A stretch of DNA of 64,000 nt from Eledone cirrhosa (lineage: Eukaryota), in contig OZ024744.1 of the NCBI GenBank assembly GCA_964016885.1, positions 116,374,001-116,438,000 on the forward strand. Reading direction: 5' to 3'. A program made the position numbers and the translations under genes. Position 1 is the first letter of the stretch, and every line of letters begins with the position of its first letter. Shown piece after piece: positions 52,140-64,000 of this stretch. The notes under the pieces were generated by a model that was not told where the DNA came from, made no database searches, and was given only the letters and a program-made list of their open reading frames with translations.

Positions 52140-55100
52140 CATATCAACCTCACTACTGTTTTACTGGTGTCAGTCATTAGACCGTGGCCATACTGGGGCA
52201 CTACCTTGATATAGTCTACCATATCAACCTCTGTACTGTTTTACTGGTGTCAGTCATTAGACTGTGGCCATACTGGGGCACTACCTTGATATAGTCTACC
52301 ATATCAACCTCAGTACTGTTTTACTGGTGTCAGTCATTAGACTGCGGCCATACTGGGGCACTACCTTGATATAGTCTACCATATCAACTTCACTACTGTT
52401 TTACTGGTGTCAGTCATTAGACTGTGTCCGTACTGGGGCTCTACCTTAATATAGTCTACCATATCAACCTCAGTACTGTTTTACTGGTGTCAGTCATTAG
52501 ACTGTGGCCATAATGGGGCACTATCGTGATATAGTCTACCATATCAACCTCAGTACTGTTTTACTGGTGTCAGTTATTAGACTGTGGCCATACTGGGGCA
52601 AAACCTTGATATAGACAACCATATCAATCTCACTACTGCTTTACTGGTGTCATTCATTAGACTGTGGCCATACTGGGGCACTACCTTGATATAGTCTCCC
52701 TTATCAACCTCAGTGAGTTTTTTACAGTTGTCATTCATTAGACTGTGGCCATACTGGGGTACTACCTTGATATAGTCTACCATGTCAACCTCAGTACTGT
52801 TTTACTGGTTTCAGTCATTAGACTGTGGCCATACTGGGGCACCACCTTGATATAGTCTACCATATCAATCTCAGTACTGTTTTACTGGTGTCAGTCATTA
52901 GACTGTGGCCATCCTGGGGCACTACCTTGATATAGTCTACCATATCAACCTCAGTACTGTTTTACTGGTGTCAGTCATTAGACTGTGGCCATACTAGGGC
53001 ACTACCTTGATATAGTCTACCTTATCAACCTCAGTGAGTATTTTACTGTTGTCATTCATTAGACTGTGGCCAGACTGGGGCACTACCTTGATATAGTCTA
53101 CCATGTCAACCTCAGTACTGTTTTACTGGTGTCAGTCATTAGACTGTGGCCATACTGGGGCACTACCTTGATATAGTCTACCATGTCAACCTTAGTACTG
53201 TTTTACTAGTGTCAGTCATTAGACTGTGGCCATACTGGGGCACTACCTTGATATAGTCTTCCATATCAACCTCAGTACTGTTTTACTGGTGTCAGTCATT
53301 TGACTGTTGCCATACTGAGGCATTACCTTGATATTGTCTACCATATCAACCTCAGTACTGTTTTACTGGTGTCAGTCATTAGACTGTGGCCATACTGGGG
53401 CACTAACTTGATATAGTCTACCATATCAACCTCAGTAGTGTTTTCTTGGTGTCAGTCAATAGACTGTGGCCATACTGGGTCACTACCTTGATATAGTCTA
53501 CCATATCAACCTCAGTAGTGTTTTCTTGGTGTCAGTCAATAGACTGTGGCCATTCTGGGTCACTTCCTTGATATAGTCTATCATATCAACCTCACTACTG
53601 TTTTACTGGTGTCAGTCATTAGACTGTGGTCATACTGGGGCACTACCTTGATATAGACTACCATGTCAACGTCAGTACTTTTTTACTGGTGTCAGTCATT
53701 AGACTGTGGCCATACTGGGGCACTACCTTGATATAGTCTACCATATCAATCTCAGTACTGTTTTACTGGTGTCAGTCATTAGACTGTGTCCATACTGGGG
53801 CACTACCTTGATATAGTCTACCATATCAACCTCAGTACTGTTTTACTGGTGTCAGTCATTAGATTGTGGCTATACTGGGGCACTACCTTGATATAGTCTA
53901 CCATATCAATCTCACTAATGTTTTACTGGTGTCAGTCATTAGACTGTGGCCATACTGGGGCACTACCTTCATATAGTCTACCATATCATCCTCAGTACAG
54001 TTTTACTGGTGTCAGTCATTACTCTGTGGCCATACTGGGGCACTACCTTGATATAGTCTACCATATCAACCTCAGTATTGTTTTACTGGTGTCAGTCATT
54101 AGACAGTGGCCATTCTGGGGCACTACCTTGATATAGTCTACCATATCAACCTCAGTACTGTTTTACTGGTGTCAGTCATTAGACTGTGGCCATACTGGGG
54201 TACTACCATGATATAGTCTTCCATATCAACCTCAGTACTGTTTTACTGGTGTCAGTCATTTGACTGTGGCCATACTGAGGCATTACCTTGATATTGTCTA
54301 CCATATCAACCTCAGTACTGTTTTACTGGTGTCAGTTATTAGACTGTGGCCATACTGGGGCACTACCTTGATATAGTCTACCATATCAACCTCAGTACTG
54401 TTTTACTGGTGTCAGTTTTTAGACTGTGGCCATACTGGGGCACCACCTTGATATAGTCTACCATATCCACCTCACTACTGTTTTACTGGTGTCAGTTATT
54501 ACGCTGTGGCCATACTGGGGCACTAACCTTGATATTGTCTACCATATCAACCTCAGTACTGTTTTACTGGTGTCAGTCATTAGAATGTGGCCATACTGGG
54601 GCACTACCTTGATATAGTCTACCATATCAACCTCAGTAGTGTTTTCTTGGTGTCAGTCAATAGACTGTGGCCATACTGGGGCACTACCTTGATATAGTCT
54701 ACCATATCAACCTCAGTACTCTTTCACTGGTGTCAGTCATTAGACTGTGGCCATACTGGGGCACTACCTTGATATAGTCTACCATATCAACCTCTGTACT
54801 GTTTTACTGGTGTCAGTCATTAGACTGTGGCCATACTGGGGCACTACCTTGATATAGTCTACCATATCAACCTTACTACTGTTTTACTGGTGTCAGTCAT
54901 TAGACTGTGTCCATACTGGGGCTCTACCTTAATATAGTCTACCATATCAACCTCACTACTGTTTTACTGGTGTCAGTCATTAGACTCTGGCCATATTGGG
55001 GCACTACCTTGATATAGTCTACCATATCAACCTCAGTACTGTTTTACTGTTGACAGTCATTAGATTGTGGCCATTCTGGGGCACTACCTTGATATAGTCT

Positions 55101-57310
55101 ACCATATCAACCTCACTACTGTTTTACTGGTGTCAGTCATTAGACTGTGGCCATACTGGGGCACTACCTTGATATAGTCTACCATATCAACCTCACTACT
55201 GTTTTACTGGTGTCAGTCATTAGACCGTGGCCATACTGGGGCACTACCTTGATATAGTCTACCATATCAACCTCTGTACTGTTTTACTGGTGTCAGTCAT
55301 TAGACTGTGGCCATACTGGGGCACTACCTTGATATAGTCTATCATATCAACCTCTGTACTGTTTTACTGGTGTCAGTCATTAGACCGTGGCCATACTGGG
55401 GCACTACCTTGATATAGTCTACCATATCAACCTCTGTACTGTTTTACTGGTGTCAGTCATTAGACTGCGGCCATACTGAGGCACTACCTTGATATAGTCT
55501 ACCATATCAACTTCACTACTGTTTTACTGGTGTCAGTCATTAGACTGTGGCCATACTGGGGCACTACCTTGATATAGTCTACCATATCAACCTCAGTGAG
55601 TATTTTACTGTTGTCATTCATTAGACTGTGGCCATACTGGGGCACTACCTTGATATAGTCTACCATATCAACCTCAGTACTGTTTTACTGGTGTCAGTCA
55701 TTAGACTGTGGCCATACTGGGGCACTACCTTGATATAGTCTTCCATATCAACCTCAGTACTGTTTTACTGGTGTCAGTCATTTGACTGTGGCCGTACTGG
55801 GGCACTACCTTGATATAGTCTACCATATCAACCTCAGTACTGTTTTACTGGTGTCAGTCATTAGACTGTGGCCATACTGGGGCACTAACTTGATATAGTC
55901 TACCATATCAACCTCAGTAGTGTTTTCTTGGTGTCAGTCAATAGACTGTGGCCATACTGGGTCACTACCTTGATATAGTCTACCATATCAACCTCAGTAG
56001 TGTTTTCTTGGTGTCAGTCAATAGACTGTGGCCATACTGGGTCACTACCTTGATATAGTCTATCATATCAACCTCACTACTGTTTTACTGGTGTCAGTCA
56101 TTAGACTGTGGTCATACTGGGGCACTACCTTGATATAGACTACCATGTCAACGTCAGTACTGTTTTACTGGTGTCAGTCATTAGACTGTGGCCATACTGG
56201 GGCACTACCTTGATATAGTCTACCATATCAATCTCAGGACTGTTTTACTGGTGTCAGTCATTAGACTGTGGCCATACTGGGGCACTACCTTGATATAGAC
56301 TTCCATATCAACCTCAGTACTGTTTTACTGGTGTCAGTCATTAGATTGTGGCTATACTGGGGCACTACCTTGATATAGTCTACCATATCAATCTCACTAA
56401 TGTTTTACTGGTGTCAGTCATTAGACTGTGGCCATACTGGGGCACTACCTTGATATAGTCTACCATATCATCCTCAGTACAGTTTTACTAGTGTCAGTCA
56501 TTACTCTGTGGCCATACTGGGGCACTACCTTGATATAGTCTACCATATCAACCTCAGTACTGTTTTACTGGTGTCAGTCATTAGACTGTGGCCATTCTGG
56601 GGCACTACCTTGATATAGTCCTACATATCAACCTCAGTACTGTTTTACTGGTGTCAGTCATTAGACTGTGGCCATACTGGGGCACTACCATGATATAGTC
56701 TTCCATATCAACCTCAGTACTGTTTTACTGGTGTCAGTCATTTGACTGTGGCCATACTGGGGCACTTCCTTGATATAGTCTACCATATCAACCTCAGTAC
56801 TGTTTTACTGGTTTCAGTTATTACGCTGTGGCCATACTGGGGCACTAACCTTGATATTGTTAACCATATCAACCTCAGTACTGTTTTACTGGTGTCAGTC
56901 ATTAGAATGTGGCCATACTGGGGAACTACCTTGATATAGTCTACCATATCAACCTCAGTAGTGTTTTCTTGGTGTCAGTCAATAGACTGTGGCCATACTG
57001 GGGCACTACCTTCATATAGTCTACCATATCAACCTCACTACTCTTTCACTGGTGTCAGTCATTAGACTGTGGCTATACTGGGGCACTACCTTGATATAGT
57101 CTACCATATCAACCTTACTACTGTTTTACTGGTGTCAGTCATTAGACTGTGTCCATACTGGGGCTCTACCTTAATATAGTCTACCATATCAACCTCACTA
57201 CTGTTTTACTGGTGTCAGTCATTAGACTCTGGCCATATTGGGGCACTACCTTGATATAGTCTACCATATCAACCTCAGTACTGTTTTACTGTTGACAGTC
57301 ATTAGACTGT
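52140..57310. repeat. More diverged duplication of about 2.2-2.5 kb; ends approximate
   Basis: CACTAACTTG...AGTAGTGTTTTCTTGG at 53401/55883 (2482 bp); TTACGCTG...CACTAACCTTG at about 54521/56843; GTGTCC...GCTCTACCTTAAT at about 54901/57143. Confidence 0.75.
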
Positions 57311-60300
57311 GGCCATACTGGTGCACTACCTTGATATAATCTAACATATCAACCTCAGTAGTGTTTTACTGATGTCAGTCATGAGATTGTGGCCATACTG
57401 GGGCACTACCTTGATATAGTCTACCATATCAATCTCACTACATTTTTACTGGTGTCAGTCATTAGACTGTGGCCATACTGGGGCACTACCTTGATATTGT
57501 CTACCATATCAACCTCAGTACTGTTTTCTTAGAGTCAGTCAATAGACTGTGGCCATAGTAGGGCACTACCATGATATAGTCTACCATATCAACCTCAGTA
57601 CTGTTTTACTGGTGTCAGTCATTATACTGTGGCCATACTGGGGCACTACCTTGATATAAGCTACCATATCAACCTCACTACTGTTTTACTGGTGTCAGTC
57701 ATTATACTGTGGCCATACTAGGACACTACCTTGATATAGTCTACCATATCAACCTCAGTACTGTTTTACTGGTGTCAGTCATTAGACTGTGGCCATACTG
57801 GGGCACTAACTTGATATTGTCTATGATATCAACCTCACTACTGTTTTACTGGTGTCAGTTATTAGACTGTGGCCATACTGGGGCACTACCTTGTTATAGT
57901 CTACCATATCAACCTCAGTAGTGTTTTCTTGGTGTCAGTGAATAGACTGTGGCCATACTGGGGCACTGCCTTGATATTGTCTAACATATCAATCTCAGTA
58001 CTGTTTTACTGGTGTCAGTCATTAGACTGTGGCCATACTGGGGCACTACCTTGATATAGTCTACCATATCAACATCACTACAGTTTTACTGGTGTCAGTA
58101 TTTTGGCTGTTGTCATACTGGGGCACTACCTTGATATAGTCTACCATATCAACCTCAGTACTGTTTTACTGGTGTCAGTCATTAGACTGTGTCCATACTG
58201 GGGCTCTACCTTAATATAGTCTACCATATCAACCTCACTACTGTTTTACTGGTGTCAGTCATTAGACTCTGGCCATATTGGGGCACTACCTTGATATAGT
58301 CTACCATATCAACCTCAGTACTGTTTTACTGTTGACAGTCATTAGACTGTGGCCATACTGGTGCACTACCTTGATATAATCTAACATATCAACCTCAGTA
58401 GTGTTTTACTGATGTCAGTCATGAGATTGTGGCCATACTGGGGCACTACCTTGATATAGTCTACCATATCAATCTCACTACATTTTTACTGGTTTCAGTC
58501 ATTAGACTGTGGCCATACTGGGGCACTACCTTGATATTGTCTACCATATCAACCTCAGTACTGTTTTCTTGGAGTCAGTCAATAGACTGTGGCCATAGTA
58601 GGGCACTACCATGATATAGTCTACCATATCAACCTCAGTACTGTTTTACTGGTGTCAGTCATTAGACTGTGGCCATACTGGGGCACTACATTGATATAGT
58701 CTACCATATCAACCTCAGTACTGTTTTACTGGTGTCAGTCATTAGACTGTGGCCATACTGGGACACTACCTTATATAGTCTACCATATAAACCTCAGTAT
58801 TGTTTTACTGGTGTCAGTCATTAGATTGTGGCCATACTGGGGCACTACCTTGATATAGTCTACCATATCAACCTCAGTACAGTTTTACTGGTGTCAGTCA
58901 TTAGACTGTGGCTATGCTGGGGCACTACCTTGATATAGTCTACCATATCAACCTCAGTACTGTTTTACTGGTGTCAGTCATTAGACTGTGGCCATACTGG
59001 GGCACTACATTGATATAGTCTACCATATCAACCTCAGTACTGTTTTACTGGTGTCAGTCATTAGACTGTGGCCATACTGGGACACTACCTTGATATAGTC
59101 TACCATATCAACCTCAGTACTGTTTTACTGGAGTCAGTCATTAGACTGTGGCCATACTGGGGCGCTACCTTGATATAGTCTCCCTTATCAACCTCACTAC
59201 TGTTTTACTGGTGTCAGTCATTAGACTGTGGCCATACTGGGGCACTACCTTGATATAGTCTACCATATCAACCTAAGTACTGTTTTACAGGTGTCAGTTA
59301 TTAGACTGTGGCCATACTGGGGCACTACCTTGATATAGTCTAACATATCAACCTCACTACTGTTTTACTGGTGTCAGTCATTAGACTGTGGCCATACTGG
59401 GGCAATACCTTGATATAGTCTACCATATCAACCTCAGTACTGTTTTACTGGTGTCTATCATTAGACTGTGGCCATACTGGGACACTACCTTGATATAGTC
59501 TACTATATCAACATCAGTACTGTTTTACTGGTGTCAGTCATTAGACTGTGGCCATACTGGGGCACTAACTTGATATTGTCTACCATATCAACCTCACTAC
59601 TGTTTTACTGGTGTCAGTTATTAGACTGTGGCCATACTGGGGCACTGCCTTGATATTGTCTAACATATCAATCTCAGTACTGTTTTACTGGTGTCAGTCA
59701 TTAGACTGTGGCCATACTGGGGCACTACCTTGATATAGTCTACCATATCAACATCACTACAGTTTTACTGGTGTCAGTATTTTGGCTGTTGTCATACTGG
59801 GGCACTACCTTGATATAGTCTACCATATCAACCTCAGTACTGTTTTACTGGTGTCAGTCATTAGACTGTGGCCATACTGGGGCACTACATTGATATAGTC
59901 TACCATATCAACCTCAGTACTGTTTTACTGGTGTCAGTCATTAGACTGTGGCCATACTGGGACACTACCTTATATAGTCTACCATATAAACCTCAGTATT
60001 GTTTTACTGGTGTCAGTCATTAGATTGTGGCCATACTGGGGCACTACCTTGATATAGTCTACCATATCAACCTCAGTACAGTTTTACTGGTGTCAGTCAT
60101 TAGACTGTGGCTATGCTGGGGCACTACCTTGATATAGTCTACCATATCAACCTCAGTACTGTTTTACTGGTGTCAGTCATTAGACTGTGGCCATACTGGG
60201 GCAGTACATTGATATAGTCTACCATATCAACCTCAGTACTGTTTTACTGGTGTCAGTCATTAGACTGTGGCCATACTGGGACACTACCTTGATATAGTCT

Positions 60301-60500
60301 CCCTTATCAACCTCACTACTGTTTTACTGGTGTCAGTCATTAGACTGTGGCCATACTGGGGCACTACCTTGATATAGTCTACCATATCAACCTAAGTACT
60401 GTTTTACAGGTGTCAGTTATTAGACTGTGGCCATACTGGGGCACTACCTTGATATAGTCTAACATATCAACCTCACTACTGTTTTACTGGTGTCAGTCAT
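57130..60500. repeat. Overlapping local duplications (offsets 1040, 1199/1119 and 1679 bp); ends approximate
   Basis: Matching variant monomers at 57141/58181; a 79-bp GGACACTACCTTATAT variant at about 58761/59960; GTATTTTGGCTGTTGTC at about 58098/59777. Confidence 0.75.
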
Positions 60501-61039
60501 TAGACTGTGGCCATACTGGGGCACTACCTTGATATAGTCTACCATATCAACCTCAGTACTGTTTTACTGGTGTCAGTCATTGGACTGTGGCCATTCTGGG
60601 GCACTACCTTGATATGGTCTACCATATCAACCTCACTACTGTTTTACTGGTGTCAGTCATTGGACTGTGGCCATTGTGGGGCACTAGCTTGATATAGTCT
60701 ACCATATCAACCTCAGAACTGTTTTACTGGTGTCAGTCATTGGACTGTGGCCATTCTGGGGCACTACCTTGATATAGTCTACCATATCAACCTCACTACT
60801 GTTTTACTGGTGTCAGTCATTGGACTGTGGCCATTCTGGGGCACTACCTTGATATAATCTACCATATCAACCTCACTACTGTTTTACTGGTGTCAGTCAT
60901 TGGACTGTGGCCATTCTGGGGCACTAGCTTGATATAGTCTACCATATCAACCTCACTATTGTTTTACTGGTGTCAGTCATTAGACTGTGGCCATACTGGG
61001 GCACTACCTTGATATAGTCTACCATATCAACCTCACTAC

Positions 61040-62290
61040 TGTTTTACTGGTGTCAGTCATTGGACTGTGGCCATTCTGGGGCACTAGCTTGATATAGTCT
61101 ACCATATCAATCTCACTACTGTTTTACTGGTGTCAGTCATTAGACTGTGGCCATACTGGGGCACTACCTTGAAATAGTCTACCATATCAACCTCAGTACT
61201 GTTTTACTGGTGTCAGTCATTAGACTGTGGCCATACTGGGGCACTACCTTGATATAGTCTACCATATCAACCTTACTACTGTTTTACTGGTGTCAGTCAT
61301 TAGACTGTGGCCATACTGGGGCACTACCTTGATATAGTCTACCATATCAACCTCAGTACTGCTTTACTGGTGTCCGTCATTAGACTGTGGCCATACTGGG
61401 GCACTACCTTGATATAGTCTACCATATCAACCTCACTACTGTTTTACTGGTGTCAGTCATTGGACTGTGGCCATTCTGGGGCACTAGCTTGATATAGTCT
61501 ACCATATCAATCTCACTACTGTTTTACTGGTGTCAGTCATTAGACTGTGGCCATACTGGGGCACTACCTTGAAATAGTCTACCATATCAACCTCAGTACT
61601 GTTTTACTGGTGTCAGTCATTAGACTGTGGCCATACTGGGGCACTACCTTGATATAGTCTACCATATCAACCTTACTACTGTTTTACTGGTGTCAGTCAT
61701 TAGACTGTGGCCATACTGGGGCACTACCTTGATATAGTCTACCATATCAATCTCAGTACTGTTTTACTGGTGTCCGTCATTAGACTGTGGCCATACTGGG
61801 GCACTACCTTGATATAGTCTACCATATCAACCTCACTACTGTTTTACTGGTGTCAGTCATTGGACTGTGGCCATTCTGGGGCACTAGCTTGATATAGTCT
61901 ACCATATCAATCTCACTACTGTTTTACTGGTGTCAGTCATTAGACTGTGGCCATACTGGGGCACTACCTTGAAATAGTCTACCATAACAACCTCAGTACT
62001 GTTTTACTGGTGTCAGTCATTAGACTGTGGCCATACTGGGGCACTACCTTGATATAGTCTACCATATCAACCTCACTACTGTTTTACTGGTGTCAGTCAT
62101 TGGACTGTGGCCATTCTGGGGCACTAGCTTGATATAGTCTACCATATCAATCTCACTACTGTTTTACTGGTGTCAGTCATTAGACTGTGGCCATACTGGG
62201 GCACTACCTTGAAATAGTCTACCATATCAACCTCAGTACTGTTTTACTGGTGTCAGTCATTAGACTGTGGCCATACTGGGGCACTACCTT
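61040..62290. repeat. 5-monomer (400-bp) higher-order repeat decaying to a 3-monomer unit
   Basis: TGGACTGTGGCCATTCTGGGGCACTAGCTT followed by a GAAATAG monomer occurs at 61061, 61461, 61861 and 62101. Confidence 0.85.
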
Positions 62291-64000
62291 GATATAGTCT
62301 ACCATATCAACCTCAGTACTGTTTTACTGGTGTCTATCATTAGACTGTGGCCATACTGGGACACTACCTTGATATAGTCTACCATATCAATCTCAGTACT
62401 GTTTTACTGGTGTCAGTCATTAGACTGTGGCCATACTGTAGTACTACCTTGATATATTCTACCATATCAACCTCAGTACTGTTTTGCTGGTGTCAGTCAT
62501 TAGACTGTGGCCATACTGGGGCACTACCTTGATATAGTCTACCATATCAACCTCACTACTGTTTTACTGGTGTCTGTAATTAGAGTGTGGCCATACTGGG
62601 CCACTACCTTGATATAGACAACCATATCAACCTCAGTACTGTTTTACTGGTGTCAGTCATTAGACTGTGGCCATACTGGGGCACTACCTTGATATAGACA
62701 ACCATATCAACCTCAGTACTGTTTTACTGGTGTTAGTCATTAGACTGTGGCCATACTGGGGCACTACCTTGATATAGTCTACCATATCAACCTCAGTACT
62801 GTTTTACTGCTATCAGTCATTAGAGTGTGGCCATACTGGGGCACTACCTTGTTATAGTCTACCATATCAACCTCAGTACTGTTTTACTGGTGTCAGTCAT
62901 TAGGCTGTGGCCATACTGGGGCACTACCTTGATATAGTCTACCATATCAACCTCACTACTGTTTTACTGGTGTCAGTCATTAGACTGTGGCCATACTGGG
63001 GCACTACCTTGATATAGTCTACCATATCAACCTCAGTACTGTTTTACAGGTGTCAGTCATTAGAGTGTGGCCATACTGGGGTACTACCTTGATATAGTCT
63101 ACCATATCAATCTCAGTAATGTTTTACTGGTGTCAGTCATTAGACTGTGGCCATACTGGTGCTCTACCTTGATATAGTCTACCATATCAATCTCACTACA
63201 GTTTTACTGGTGTCCGTCATTAGACTGTGGCCATACTGGGGCACTACCTTGATATAGTCTACCATATCAACCTCAGTACTGTTTTACTGGTGTCATTCAT
63301 TAGAGTGTGGCCATACTGGGGCACTACCTTGATATAGTCTACCATATCAACCTCAGTACTGTTTTACTGGTGTTAGTCATTAGACTGTGGCCATAATGGG
63401 GCACTATCTTGATATAGTCTACCATATCAACCTCATTACTGTTTTAGTGGTGTTAGTCTTTAGACTGTGGCCATACTGAGGCACTACCTTGATATAGTCT
63501 ACCATATCAACCGCAGTACTGTTTTACTGGTGTCAGTCATTAGACTGTGGCCATACTGGGGCACTACCTTGATATAGTCTACCATATCAATCTCACTACT
63601 GTTTTACTGGTGTCAGACTGTGGCCATACTGGGGCACTACCTTGATATAGTCTACCATATCAACCACAGTACTGTTTTACTGGTGTCAGTCATTAGACTG
63701 TGGCCATACTGGGGAACTACCTTGATATAGTCTACAATATCAATCTCACTACTGTTTTACTGGTGTCAGACTGTGGCCATACTGGGGCACTACCTTGTTA
63801 TAGTCTACCATATCAACCTCAGTACTGTATTACTGGTGTCAGTCATTTGACTGTGGCCAATCTGGGGCACTACCTTGATATAGTTTACCATATCAACCTC
63901 AGTACTGTTTTACTGGTGTCAGTCATTAGAGTGTGGCCATACTGGGGCACAACCTGTATATGGTCTACCATATCAACCTCAGTACAGTTTTACTGGTGTC

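Larger units (their letters stand above)
25670..64000. repeat. 80-bp tandem satellite array, right arm (about 479 monomers; runs off the window end)
   Basis: The same monomer resumes in exact register (AGTCTACAATATCAACCTAAG) after the insertion. It includes 73-, 79- and 81-bp variants. Confidence 0.99.

Noticed and set aside
2220-62532. Dozens of 60-112 aa ORFs (MAILGHYLDIVYHINL..., MSTSILFYW..., MEDYIKVVPQ...)
   Set aside because: They are translations of the 80-bp monomer cycling through frames wherever a SNP or indel removes a stop. Most start at non-ATG codons, and nothing supports coding function.
1-64000. CRISPR-like array
   Set aside because: The entire 80-bp unit is conserved, with no unique spacers, leader or cas genes, and the context is eukaryotic.

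Overview
Eukaryotic, probably cephalopod/Octopus-like; this assignment is inferred from remembered repeat motifs, not from a search. About 98% of the window is one head-to-tail 80-bp satellite of roughly 785 monomers. The consensus is ATAGTCTACCATATCAACCTCAGTACTGTTTTACTGGTGTCAGTCATTAGACTGTGGCCATACTGGGGCACTACCTTGAT (about 44% GC, no CpG). The array is organised into nested higher-order duplications from 160 bp up to about 4.9 kb. It is interrupted once, at 24482-25669, by a 1188-bp, 5'-truncated, minus-strand RTE/RTE-X-type non-LTR retrotransposon with a (CAT)6 tail and no target-site duplication. The matching empty site survives in the sister copy at 20322/20323. The element's open RT C-terminus contains a complete C4HC3 PHD-type zinc finger. 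The monomer is rich in dyad symmetry, several clustered variants perfect these dyads, and it resembles a CpG-decayed 3' piece of an octopus SINE. There are no host genes; all other listed ORFs are repeat or antisense artefacts.
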